DNA of 64,000 nt. Origin: Harriotta raleighana. Lineage: Eukaryota. The position numbers and the translations under genes were made by a program. Shown in pieces: positions 52,497 to 64,000 of the stretch. The notes beneath the pieces were generated by a model. The model saw only the letters and a program-made list of their open reading frames with translations, was not told the origin of the DNA and made no database searches. The DNA is taken from the NCBI GenBank assembly GCA_050575255.1, contig JBNZDD010013714.1:7784412-7848411 (forward strand), in the 5' to 3' direction. Position 1 is the first letter of the stretch; the number at the start of each line of letters is the position of its first letter.

Positions 52497-55400
52497 ACTG
52501 TGGTTATATTTTACTCATTCTGTTTCTTTCAAATGCTATAAATGTTTATGGTATGACAAACACAGAACAATACCTGCAGGGGATTTCTGAAGAAAAATAT
52601 CTTTATTGTTTTATCATTGCAGAGTGGATGCCTAAGGTGATGCTTTCACAAGTCTTAAACTTTCAGTAAATGATTGTTCCATGCTCTCACTTGCTAAACA
52701 CTGGTTTCATTTCCCATACAATTCTTGCAAATAGATCCTAGCAAATGCTACAGAAAAATGAATAGAACAAAGTTAAATATTTACAGGTGAACATACATAT
52801 TCTCATCACAATTATGTTTCAAACAATCATATTTGTTATTCAACAAAAATCTAGCATTACAATTTTAAAATATATATATGCTGTGATGTAATCTGAGTGA
52901 CACACTTTTGACCACACAACAGATGGTAATTCAAAATGTGTCTAAAACAATATAAACAACTAGTTAAGGTGTCAAACATCACTTCGGCATCTGTAAAAAG
53001 AGTGTCAAATTGAAGTTCAGGAGTGTGTATTCATAAACAATTAACTATTTCTGATTAGTTTTCTCCAATCTAGGTCCTCATTGGAGGTTTTCTCATCGAT
53101 GTAACACGTAAGATTGCTCCGTTAACACTTCCATTGTGAAGATTATTCCAGTTAGCATTCCAATTTTAGAAATCCCTTCCTGTTTATGCAATTAAAACAT
53201 GTTTTGTCTGTCACCTTTCTGATTGTTTTGAGGAAAAATATCGGCTTGTGTGAGATAATATGGACATCCAATATTTTAACAGAAAGACATCTCAAGCGTG
53301 TATCTGGTGTAGTTGAAAACCTTCCAGTTGCCATTTTTGTTGAGAAGCTCAAAACAAAGTTACAGATACCATAGCAATATTCTAAAAGAAGAGAGTTTCT
53401 CTTGCTGTTCCAGCCAACAATCCATGAGATGGAATTGATCATTCCATGAAAATCAGACACTGGAGGCCACTCAACCTGCTGTGTTTTAATGACTATGTTT
53501 TTTCCACCAATGAAACCATCTATCCTCTCCTATTCACTGCTCCCAATTCATCTTATGCTGTGTTTCTTGATGCAATGGTTAATTATACTTGTTTACCTAC
53601 AAAAAGTCACTACACTTTAGAGAAATTACTTGCAAAGCATTTTCAGACATTTTGACAAAAGGGACTATAAAATATTATTTCTATAGGTGCATCTGAGTAA
53701 TTGGAAGTAGTCAATCCCGATTAAGCAACTACCTCCAATCAGCAACCATACCCATAACCACCTTGGGAACAGCCTGGTCCTCACACACCAATGAACCATT
53801 ACTCAGAGGCCACCTTTATATAAACCACTTTAGCCCAGTTCCGAGGAATTGAAGATACGTTTGACAGTAATTGTTGGATTTGGAACATCTTAATATGAAA
53901 ACACTTTGCATCACTGAAGCCAGCACCTTGGGACATCCTCCTGCACTCTATAAATGTAATTTTGTTGTTGTTGTATAATGTCAATGTTGCAAACATGCAG
54001 TTTAGCACATTGTAACATTTTGCTCTTTAGCAAAATAAAAATTGATCCAGAAATTCTAAACTGGAATATTTTTATCATTTATATTTAGCAGACTCATTAA
54101 AGAACTACACTATTTGTCTTTTTTTATTTACAGCAACCCATTCAAACAGCTCAAAGATCCAGATCATAGAAGAGTTTAGAAGGCAAAATGAAAGATGTAT
54201 ATTTATTGCTAAAATAAATACACAATGGATTTTTAAAATTCCTCTCTCATAACCCACCACTTGAAAAGCCTTGCAGCACTGTTTTGATTTGTGACTCACC
54301 TCAAATTAAATACACTTCATTTCCTAGATATGTGCAGTCATCCAACCACCTGTCAACTTTCGGATGTTAAATAAGTGGAAAACCCGAATATTAACGCCAT
54401 CCTTTTCAACAAGCCATGAGTAAAGAACCCAATCATTTATTTTCTATTTTCAGGGCTTTATTAGTTGATGATGCATTACTTTGTAAAGTCTAGCCAGCAA
54501 GTTATTAGAACCTCAAGTGCCAGAGGCCACCAACAACAAAGCACTCGGCAGTTCTGACACATGTGATAAACTATGCTAGAAATTACTAAAGCTGCTGCAA
54601 GCTAGTGACTTTGGAAATCATTCTTATGTTTTTGTGTTGGAGTCATTCCTTTTTGCTTGTTTAAAAAAATATATATTGCCTTTGGTATATTGCTATGACA
54701 ATGTGGCTTGTTGGGCAGTGACAAGATTAATGCCAGTCCACTTGCTCTGCAAACAAAAAAAATTGATGAACAAGTAAAATTCGAAAAATTATTGTGAAAT
54801 TGCCCCAGGAAACAAAAGGTTTTTAAATAAGTTAATGGTCACATCCTAAGTGTGTATACATTTAGATAACTGTCATCTTGTCCAGTTGTTCAAGGCACCA
54901 GTATCTCAGGATGCAGATAATATCTGCTCAGGCACATCTAAGGAATTTATCAGAAGCTTTCATATTTAGCCAATGATTTCTATTATTTTCCTATATTAAA
55001 TGAGGAAAAGCTTAAAACAATAGATTCCAGTTGCATTCAAGTACATTTAGAAGCATTGTATCCCAGGAGTCTGTTTCAACTCCCAGCATGTGCTGAACTC
55101 TCGACAAAGTCATGATCAGCAAGGAGATCAGGTTAAGATATGGAGGACTTATCTGTATTGTCACAGCATCATCTGGAACCAAATCAATCAGGCAAACTGT
55201 TGTGAAGGATTTTCTGAGTGGCAGAACAGAAAATGTAAAATACAACTGCCTTTTCCAAGAAAATACAAGTCTAAACGATGCAAGTGTATTAGAAGCCTGT
55301 GTTAACTACTGTTTCGCAAATACAAGCATTTAATGTTCTGAATGTTTTATTAATCAAGTATAAAGTTTTAGGTAGTTCTGTGGCTCAGTTGAATGCTCAG

Positions 55401-56152
55401 TGTGCCTTTGGGATATCTTCCCAATGTGAAACATGCTTTATAAATGTATTTCCTTGTATCAGTTTGCCTCCATTAGTAGCATCTTTTGTCTATGAATTCC
55501 ACGCACCAATACATGAGCAAAGGAGGCGAGTGCTGTGTTCTTGAAGATGCTTGTTTTTGAATCAAACAAGATTCTGCACAACTGCTCAAGTGGTTCAGTA
55601 AATATTCTGTGGTTCATTTCAGAAAACCAAAAGTTATTCTAATGTTCTTCCCTCTTTCAAGTCATCCAGCTCATGGCTGCATGTGGGATGCTGCTAACAC
55701 AGATTAGCTGCTATATTAATCCCTATTCTGCAAAATAAATTGTGGAAAATGCTTTGATGTACTACATCAGCTAGAATCATCAAGTTAGGCTTTTATTTCT
55801 GAGAGGTATATATGGTATATATTAGTTAAGGAAGCACAATGTCACTGTTGCATGGTTAATCAGCTTTGTGGTGAATCAGTTTGCAGTTATAAATAGCTTG
55901 AATCCTTTTGCTGTCCAGTTGGTGATAGGTTGGTGGGTATTAAAGTTACAAAATATCTAAATAGGGCCGTTTTAAACATGGATTATGTTGCCCATTAGTT
56001 TTTATATACTGTACAGTTGACAGATTTTTTTTAATACAGATGCCATCCTTTCAACCTGACACAGGCTTATCCAATTTAAAGGTTACAAAAGCAGAAAGGC
56101 GACTGCTTCCAACAGCGTAAAAGCCTGTCTTTATCTCAATTCAAGGGTCAAT

Positions 56153-56158
56153 TTTATT
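56153..56158 (-). terminator. candidate distal polyadenylation signal AATAAA of UQCRFS1
   Basis: tttatt on + strand, ~315 nt after the stop codon. Confidence 0.45.
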
Positions 56159-56322
56159 ACAAGTACCAATGCAATAGTTCCATTGTAAGATGGCAGCCAC
56201 TCCACATTATAGTATTATTTTAAGCTACGCTGGCAGTCATGAAATCAGATAACCCGCAGTTGTAGTCATGCAATATTAAGACATTCCCAGAAATTCAACC
56301 ACAACTATTGAGGCAAGATGCA

Positions 56323-56328
56323 TTTATT
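56323..56328 (-). terminator. candidate proximal polyadenylation signal AATAAA of UQCRFS1
   Basis: tttatt on + strand, ~145 nt after the stop codon. Confidence 0.5.
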
Positions 56329-56470
56329 TAAAGACAAGCTTGGTTTACACCATTAACCCTCCCATTAAACTTGTACACCAATAATTACCTGGTAAAAGTT
56401 ATTCAGTTGACTTAAGTACAAGTGACAAAACCAAAACCGCAAGGTATTCGCACGATCAAGATCCACAGAA

Positions 56471-57081
56471 TTAACCAACAATTACAATATCGTCAGAAGT
56501 GAATTCGTAAGGAGGCACCTCCAGATTAGTTGGTGCTGGGCCTTTCCTGATTCTCCCTGATGCATCATAATGAGATCCATGGCAGGGACAGTAGTAACCC
56601 CCATATTCACCAGCATTCGCTATTGGTACACAGCCCAGGTGAGTGCAGACACCAACGACAATCATCCACTGTGGATTCTTCACTCTGTCAGAATCTAATT
56701 GAGGGTCTCGCAACTCAGCTAAGTTTACTGCCTGTTCTTTCTCAACTTCCTTGGGTGAACGGTGGCGGATAAACAGGGGCTTGCCTCGCCATTTAAACGT
56801 CATGTTCTTGCCTTCTGGTATATCACCCAACTTGACTTCAATTGTGGACATGGCCAGCACATCAGCAGAGGCGCTCATACTTGAGATGAACTGGGTGACA
56901 ACATTCTTTGCAGCGTAGGCTGACACACAGAGTGTTGCTCCAGTTATTACGTAGGAGAACACCCTCCTCGTATCAATGCTGTCCTGTGATGCTTTCTGGG
57001 GGTCCATAACATCTGCCCGCCGGTAGTCAGAGAAGTCTGGAATTTTGACATCACTGTGTGCATAGCGAACACTCGAAGCAA
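56471..57081 (-). CDS. UQCRFS1: UQCRFS1 coding exon 2 (mature Rieske iron-sulfur protein), 611 nt including TAA
   Basis: Acceptor tttttttttatatacAG| at 57082/57081. The spliced frame reads ...[31 protein letters not shown]... and contains the TM segment, [13 protein letters not shown], Rieske boxes CTHLGC and CPCHGS, and GPAP. 211+611=822 nt, giving 273 aa. Confidence 0.98.
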
Positions 57082-58249
57082 CTGTATATAAAAAAAAATT
57101 GTAATTATTTCAGCCACAGGTAACAGATTACATACTTACACAGTTTTGTACAACATTTCCACAAGTTAAACTGTCTCCTCTGTCCTATTAACATTATAGA
57201 CAACCTATGGTCCAAAATATTGTAAATATTTAGTACTGATTTGCTATACTCAAAAACGTGTGAGAAATCTGAGGAGGAACTATTATAACTAGTAAGTTAA
57301 ATGCAGCAAAGTCAGGGAAAGTACTGTCAATGCCTAATGTTGCATCTATTATTACCGAGGATGAGGCTCGGTATGCTATTGGGGGCTAGAAATTATTACT
57401 TCAGTAATGGGTACAAGGAAACGAGTCAGATGTTTATCAAGATACCAATATTTTTAAAAGGATAGCACTGACAAGGGTTTACAGAATAATTCTAAGAACA
57501 TTAAGATTTTGGTGAAGCATTCCCAGCTGTGGAAGGATTATGAGGTTTATGATGATAACTGACATTGTTGGTCATCATGTATCACAACAGTAGAATCTCA
57601 TTTATGAATTGAGTTATAATTAAAACTATTTTAATTGAAAATTTCACCTGCTGGTTTCTGATTTTTTTTATTCCAAGAGACTTTGAAAGTTTTACTCAGC
57701 TGAAATCACAACCAATCACATTTGCATCTGACTATATTATGTTTCTAATACCTGTACTTAGCACATTATATATTTGCAATTCTAAGTTGAATAATTGAAA
57801 TTTACTGTACAAATTTAAGATTGAATAAATTAAATTCAGATAGTTTATAAAGCTTCCCAATACTATATTTAGTCCTTCAGTATGCAGTTTCAAACTAGAT
57901 CAAGTCCCTTTCTCGTACACAACCATTGTAATGAAAATCTTCAAATCTCTGAAGGCTTTGGACACATCCTGGGATACCAAAGCAACATTTGAGCTGTAGC
58001 TGAAAATATAGTTAAGATACAGAGCCTCCAGGAGCATGCTTGGTAGCTGCATTCCCTTCACAAGCCTAGATATACTATTCAACGGTTGAAGGCATTATAG
58101 CTAATCTCTATGTTACTCTTACAATATCTACAAATATGCATTTTCACTTAATAGTTATCTTGAGTGGAAACTTTTCTCCTGCTGTGCCAATTTGTAATCC
58201 TGTATAAATAAAGTCTGCAGCCCCATCAAATGCTTAATTTGTAGTAACA

Positions 58250-58490
58250 CTCCTTGCATTTGATATAATAACGCCCTTCATGGTGCAAGGGTATCGTAAA
58301 GCACTTCGCAGGATATACTTACTGTAAGGCAGAGAGGTCTAACCTTTCGGCTGCCGCAATTCCCTATGCGAGAAAGGTCCGCTGGCTGTCTATTGGAGCA
58401 CACTGCTAAGATGCAATATCTATTTTTCACGTGAATGTGTCAACCAATTTACATACCGCAATGTCCCACAAACAGCCACCAAGTGAATGA
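58250..58490 (-). mobile_element. diverged DeuSINE fragments in UQCRFS1 intron
   Basis: ccttgcatttgatata...aaagcacttcgcagga and caatgtcccacaaacagc. Confidence 0.6.
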
Positions 58491-58531
58491 CACTGGGAGT
58501 GAAATTTGGTGGCAGCAATGACATCAACAAG

Positions 58532-58642
58532 CCTGGCTCAGTCGGTAGTAGTACTCTCACCCGAGTCAGGAGTTTGTGGGTTCAATCCCACGAGATGACC
58601 CTACAGCGTGTAGGGTTGTGCTGCATTGTTCAAGGTGCTGTC
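58532..58642 (+). mobile_element. SacSINE1-like tRNA-derived head
   Basis: A-box tggctcagtcggtag, B-box gggttcaatccc, then gtgctgcattgttcaaggtgctgtc. Confidence 0.6.
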
Positions 58643-58936
58643 ACTACACTTTTACAGAATATCCTGAGCAGCACTTTTTTTTTTGTCGTTGAGTTGTTCG
58701 TCTCGTTGCACTCGATGGAAATGCACGAGATATTTATGGTTCTCATCCAAACTTTCCAGTCACTGTAAGGTCAGAAACAAACCAGCACCTTCTCGAAAGG
58801 CTTGGAGTGGGGGTTGGTGGGTGGGGGAGAGCTAAACCTCAGGAAGTAGGGTGATGTTCAGAGTTGAGCAACTGACCCCAGCGATCAGCTGAGAAAAGTC
58901 AACTTGGACCAAGGGTTTGACAGGGTCATTCCTGCA

Positions 58937-58988
58937 CCCCCTCCCTCCCTCCCCCCCCCCCCCCCCCCCCCCCCCCCCNCAGCCCCCC
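58937..58988. repeat. poly-C tract (poly-G on the UQCRFS1 sense strand) containing an N
   Basis: Direct reading. Confidence 0.9.
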
Positions 58989-59166
58989 ATTAAACGAGAG
59001 GCCTGAGCTGAGCTCTGAAGCCAACCCAGGCCCGGAAGGGCTGAAGCCGGGGGGAGGGGGATGCCCGAGGTCCTCCCTCACCTTGACAGGCCCGAGTGAC
59101 ACAACCCCTGCAGCTCAGGGCCCTTCTTGCTCATTCACGCCGGCGCGCCAGGCCAGCCAAAGCCGG

Positions 59167-59210
59167 TCTCTCTCTCTCTCTCTCTCCTCCCTCCCTCCCT
59201 CCCTCCCCCT
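59167..59210. repeat. (TC)n-(CCCT)n microsatellite just inside the intron donor
   Basis: Direct reading. Confidence 0.9.
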
Positions 59211-59225
59211 CACAGCGCTACTCAC

Positions 59226-59436
59226 CGCTGATGCCGGCGGTGGCAGAGACGCCGCCTCGAGGGGCCCGACCGGCCAACGACTCCCTGCACAGCAGCGGCC
59301 GCTTCAGATCCAGCACCGCCTCCTGGGCCTTGGTGACCCCGTTGGCTGCCAGCGGCTTGAACTGCGACGCCACGGCATAGCTGGTGGCCGAGAGATAAGG
59401 GGCGAAGACGCCCGAACGAGCGGCGAGAGACAGCAT
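59226..59436 (-). CDS. UQCRFS1: UQCRFS1 coding exon 1 (mitochondrial presequence), 211 nt, phase 1
   Basis: ATG at 59436 encodes MLSLAARSGVFAPYLSATSYAVASQFKPL..., an Arg/Ser/Ala-rich sequence typical of the vertebrate UQCRFS1 N-terminus. Ends at the canonical donor AGCG|GTGAGT (59226/59225). Lies in a CpG island. Confidence 0.95.
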
Positions 59437-59530
59437 CCGAGAGCCGGAGCGAGGAGAACAGGCCCGACCGAGGGGCAGCTTCGCAGCGACCTTCAGGCGA
59501 GAGGACGAGCGAGACAGGCCGCGGCACTCA

Positions 59531-59631
59531 ACTGCGCAGACTCGGGAGTCAGCCGCCTGTCACTACTGCGCAGACTCGAACTCACACTCAACCAGCCACC
59601 CACCCTCTGCTTTGTCGTACTGCGCAGACTC
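59531..59631. promoter_or_regulatory. three copies of ACTGCGCAGACTC (NRF1-like sites)
   Basis: Exact 13-mer at 59531-59543, 59565-59577 and 59619-59631. The TGCGCA core resembles the NRF1 consensus YGCGCAYGCGCR. Confidence 0.6.
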
Positions 59632-59714
59632 AGACCTTCAGCACAGATTCTCTCACCTTGTTCAGGCTGTGTCCTTTGTCCCCAGGTCTATATCATCATA
59701 ATATTCATTATATT

Positions 59715-59905
59715 AATAATGATGATAATAGTCCTTGCATTTGATATAGCACTTTTCACAACTTATCAACGTCTCAAAGCGCTTCACAGAGTATACTGTA
59801 AAGTGAATTGGCTGAATATTTTGTGGCCGAAACGCAGCAGCCAATTGCGCACAGCAGCGTCCCCCCACAACCAGTCGCGGAGTGAACTGACCAATTTATT
59901 TATTG
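59715..59905 (-). mobile_element. SINE family A, 5'-truncated, upstream of UQCRFS1 promoter
   Basis: Tail and Deu core on the reverse strand. Confidence 0.9.
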
Positions 59906-59964
59906 ATTGATTTAATTATTACTTATTTTTTAAAATAGTATTGTATTATTGTATGGCCTTGCAG

Positions 59965-60215
59965 TACACCCATTCCTCTCCTCCCAGTTTAGACAATTGT
60001 GCATTTTAGCCGCTAAGCTTGAGAACTCTCTGCCTTTATCCCTCTCCCTCTCCCCCTCCGACCCCTTCACCACCTTTCTTTAAAATCTACCTCTTGGACC
60101 GAGTCTATGGTCGCCCTCCGCTCCTTGCCCTCGCTCAACATCTGACCCCATCACTGTGAAGCACTCTTGAGACATTATCCTACGTGAATCCTAGGTGAAT
60201 GCAAATTGTTATTGT
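59965..60215 (+). mobile_element. old L2 LINE 3' end fragment
   Basis: ctttcttaaaatctacctcttggacc...ctgtgaagcactcttgagacatt...gtgaatgcaaattgttattg. Confidence 0.6.
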
Positions 60216-60225
60216 CATCTCAACA

Positions 60226-60430
60226 CTTTGTCCTTCAGATGAGACATAAACCAAACCATGGCGCTATTTCTCCCAGTGTTCTACCCAACTATTCCCCCCC
60301 AAAAACATTGTTTTGTTCCTATAATCAAAGCTGTTTGTGGGACATTGAAGTGGGCAAACTAACTGCCGCGTTTTGCACATAAAACGCACAGATTCCACTT
60401 TACAGTATATCCTGTGAAAGCTTTGAGTCA
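60226..60430 (+). mobile_element. old SacSINE1-like DeuSINE body
   Basis: gtccttcagatgagacataaacc...gctgtttgtgggacattg...ctgccgcgttt...cactttacagtatatcctgtgaa. Confidence 0.65.
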
Positions 60431-61819
60431 TTTCAACAATGCCTAGACCAAATGAATCCTGACATGATGCTTGAACCAATAACCTTCTGACTCTAAAAGT
60501 CAAGAATGCATCCATTGATCCAGGCATACACATAAGATTTATTTCCTTATTACTGTATATCACATTCTTCACCATCACTGTCACTATTAGATATAACTGC
60601 TACTAATTTATCTGAATGTTGTAATGGCAAGAACATTAATTAAATTTCTTACAATTTTCCATAACTGATCACAGCAATTAAATTCCTGTTCCTGACAATA
60701 TAAGTTAGTTTTTACATATCATCTTTGTTTTTTGTTTTGTTCATATAATCTTGTGTATATATAATGGAAACCCAATTGTTTCTTATGTATTTTTAACAGA
60801 TAATATCATAAGACTGTAAAAGTACTGTGAGCATTCTCATTATTGTATTTGTTTAGTGTTGGTATTCAATCTACAGTTGATACAAAAATAACTACCTTTT
60901 GACCAAATCTTTTGATCCATTCTAACATACTAGCATTTTTTTTTCCTGTCTATAAGCATGTTTTAGTTTAATTTCATTGCCTCTGAATATAGATCAGATA
61001 CAATTATTGGGCTGAATTCAAGGATTCGTATCACAGTAAAAATCCACCATAAAAGGGTTACAACAACAGATCTGTCTGAAAATATATATATATACTGTAC
61101 TGTATTACCCAAAAGCTGCATATCCTAAATTATTAAAAGCTTAAGCATGGTCACTCTAGTTTCTAGCTTAATCCATCTTAATTCTCTTGGATTATGCATT
61201 CTGTAAATCTGCTAGAGCAAAATAAACAGGAATGATGTACGCCTTTAAATATTATTTCCAAAACCAATTCATAACGTTGTAAGATTATAGTAGCAATTTG
61301 ATCCTTAAAAATGTGTAATACAGTTGCAATGTCAGGTGAATTAATCAAATGTAGCAAAGATAGGCTGAAATTTAGTTTTAGTACATTTTTGTAATTACAC
61401 CTTTATAAGAATAGAAGATTAGACTAGGTATCTTTGATTTTTAAGTACATTTATAAAACAATATTTCATTTACTAGCTGGTAAGACAACAAAGTGAGACA
61501 GAGGCAAATGCAATAACGTTAAATACTTTAAGAAATTTACCCTAGCAGTTGTTGAGAACACAAAAACAAGGAAAATTTATGCTTATGTCATCATCTTTTT
61601 GGAGATTAATACAAGCTCCAAACTGCACGGTTCAGCAACTCTTAAGTGCATTTGAACCTTAGCACACAAGCCAGTGAATTTAACATTACAAGACTATCAG
61701 CAAGAATGGTTTTATTTGGCATATTAGATTATGAAACAAGATAGTGCATCCAGTGGATACAGGAATGATGAATAATTTTACTGAATTAGTATAGTTAATA
61801 TTTTATGTTTTCTCTTTTT

Positions 61820-61985
61820 ATAATCCTTGTATTTAATAAAGTACCTTATCAGATCAACACATCTCAAAGTGCTTCACAGAGTTAGCTATGAAGTGATGTC
61901 TTTGTATTTGTAGGCAAACTCAGTAGTTATTCTTTTCACACAGAATTGCCCCATCATCAACCATGGAGTAAATGGCCAATTGCTT
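61820..61985 (-). mobile_element. old DeuSINE fragment
   Basis: taatccttgtattt...catctcaaagtgcttcacag... Confidence 0.55.
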
Positions 61986-64000
61986 TTTAATCTGGTGGAT
62001 TGTTGGCCAGGACTTCAATGTTGCTCATTGTCCAGCCCCAGCTTTATAGCCCGAAATCTTGTCCTATTTCCTACCGTTTGAAACCCTGATTTAACTTTAA
62101 TATAGGAAAGAGCTATAGATGTGAAATGTGATATTGTTAGTGCCTGTGCTGTGATCTACATGTCTGCTGACTCAGAGAATTTTTTTTCTGTTAATAGTAA
62201 ATAATTTCCAGAAGTTAGTACAGAGAACACAAATATATTTGGAAGGTATACATGAATCGACATAGGCAATGACTAGTAGAGTTGGTAGAATCCATTCATC
62301 TCACCAACGTGTATCACCTGCAATCAGACTCAATTCTCTATTCCAGTAAAATTGGCAGATAGCTGCAGTACTAAATAACTGGAATAGAGAATTGAAACAG
62401 CAAGTCTTATCTTTTAGAAGTTGGACATACTCAAGAACAGTGTTAGAACAACTTCAAATAGCAGAATGAAGCGTTTTGACATTAGAATCATAATAAGCCT
62501 TCCCTGAGGGTTTGGAAACCTAGCTTTTCATAAAACCCAAGGAAGACAGACTCCTACACTGACATTTCTGAAAATAATATTGCTCAACTTCATCACAAAT
62601 AATGAAGAGCAACATTACCACAAAAAGCTTCTGAAGTTATGTTATCTCAACCTAGCGGACACCCACCTATCCTGAAAGAAATTTTAAAGATATTGCTAGC
62701 TACTGTATAAAGTTCTTCATTTTGAAGTTGAGCAGCTTATGTAGAGATGTCAGCTGGTGGACTCATCAAGTAATAAATAAGATATCTTCGTCATGTTAAT
62801 TATTAAAAGATATAAACACATCTGCACATTAAGAAACAGTTTCATACTGTAATCAGAAGATGGTAGGAAAGTATTCTGGATTGATGAGATTCAATTGACT
62901 AAAGACCTTCATTTGACTATCTTATGATTTTGGTGTCTTATTTTTATTTGCATGTCCCATGCATCTCTGTACTTTGTGATTAAATAGAAGCAGACCTAGA
63001 CATTGTATAAACTAGTTGATTTAATCAATGTTCTTTACCCAATGCAACTTCAAAATTAATAATTGACTGTTTAAATTTCAAGGTCTAATTGCTGTTTAGA
63101 ATTAATAATTTTCAGCAAAATATTGTATAATTACAGTAGTTGTAAGTCCCCACCGTGTTTTGATAATGACATCTTAAGCTAATCAGCCATCACATTAATA
63201 ATTAAAGATATAAAAACATTTACTCTTTCAGCAGCTCAGTATAAACTGTAGAGACATCTTAGCAGTTTCAAACTTATTTGTGGGGGTATTAAATGATTTA
63301 AGAAATGCTCACATTCATTCTTCTAGAAGGCTTCAATACAAATCCCTTTTAGTCTTCTTGTTGAACAACAAGATGAAACATTTAAAATATCTGAGCTCGT
63401 CAGATTTGTTTCCTTCTGGGTGTTTTTGATGTAATTCTATATGTGCATATAATTGAGAGCGTGCTTTTGACTAGGTATTGATGAAAGGGTATTACAATTA
63501 TGAAAATCTTCTTGAAGTATTATATTAGTACAAGGCAGGCTTCTAAAACTTACTGTGCGGTGACAGATTTTCATGTTATAAAATTCTTTAAAATAAAGTT
63601 TTCCTCCTGTTACCTCTCTATTTCCTCCTAAAATAGAGACTCAATGCCATTGATTTAAATAAAGAGCAAACAAGTATTCGCTGAATAAGTAAAAAATATA
63701 AGAAATTTCCAACAGAGTGCACGAGATGGAATGAACCACGGTTTAATTCACAGCCAACCAATTTTCTTAATGTAATCAAACAGAATAATTCATGGCATTT
63801 TTTTTTATATAGATGAACACTTTTGTTGCATCTGCTTTTATGATTAAAAGTTGTAAAATAAAGTTATTATTAATAAAAATCATTACATTTGATTTTCTTT
63901 GAAGAAAATTAAGATTTTCCATTAGTTCTTTTCTATGTCTATGCTTCCCATTGCATATCATTAGAAACTATAGACCCGTGTAATACTTTCTAAAATTTAT

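Larger units (their letters stand above)
57082..59225 (-). other. UQCRFS1: UQCRFS1 intron (2144 nt, GT-AG)
   Basis: Canonical GTGAGT donor and polypyrimidine/CAG acceptor. Phases match and restore a continuous ORF. Confidence 0.95.
59020..59640. promoter_or_regulatory. CpG island / promoter of UQCRFS1
   Basis: Sharp rise in GC and CpG over exon 1 and upstream in an otherwise CpG-depleted window. Confidence 0.85.

Noticed and set aside
53446-53500. KIRHWRPLNLLCFNDY, resembling the L1/Tx1 reverse transcriptase motif WRPISLLxxDY
   Set aside because: Flanking translation shows no further RT motifs in the frames checked. Likely chance. BLASTX would settle it.
59083-59910. 275-aa + strand ORF antisense to UQCRFS1 exon 1 (also the 94-aa and 101-aa ORFs here)
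   Set aside because: Non-ATG start. Runs through a microsatellite, a GC-rich CpG island and a SINE, so the lack of stops is compositional.
62735-63270. Loose direct similarity between ~62770-62820 and ~63180-63220
   Set aside because: Short AT-rich match compatible with chance.
1-64000. CRISPR array or other prokaryotic systems
   Set aside because: The sequence is intron-containing vertebrate DNA. Repeats are dispersed retroposons with no regular repeat-spacer periodicity.

Overview
AT-rich vertebrate genomic DNA. The repeat content points to a cartilaginous fish, probably a chimaera such as the elephant shark (inference only). One protein-coding gene is supportable: UQCRFS1 (Rieske Fe-S subunit of complex III), minus strand, two coding exons (59436-59226 and 57081-56471, 273 aa), with a CpG-island promoter carrying three copies of an NRF1-like 13-mer. 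The ~56 kb downstream of it looks like a gene desert. It holds more than 20 copies or fragments of a tRNA-headed Deu-domain SINE, L2, CR1 and RTE LINE 3' fragments, a Tigger/pogo-like MITE, a long foldback hairpin and several TE-free TAAT/TGACAG-rich blocks that may be conserved enhancers. The most unusual signal is a pair of ~100-nt insertions (33244-33342 +, ~44642-44747 -). Each is flanked by a 14-bp target-site duplication and begins at or within about 2 nt of stem I of a minimal Penelope-type hammerhead ribozyme. Most single-N sites are flanked by near-identical duplications that are probably assembly artefacts. Repeat boundaries were set by eye and are approximate.
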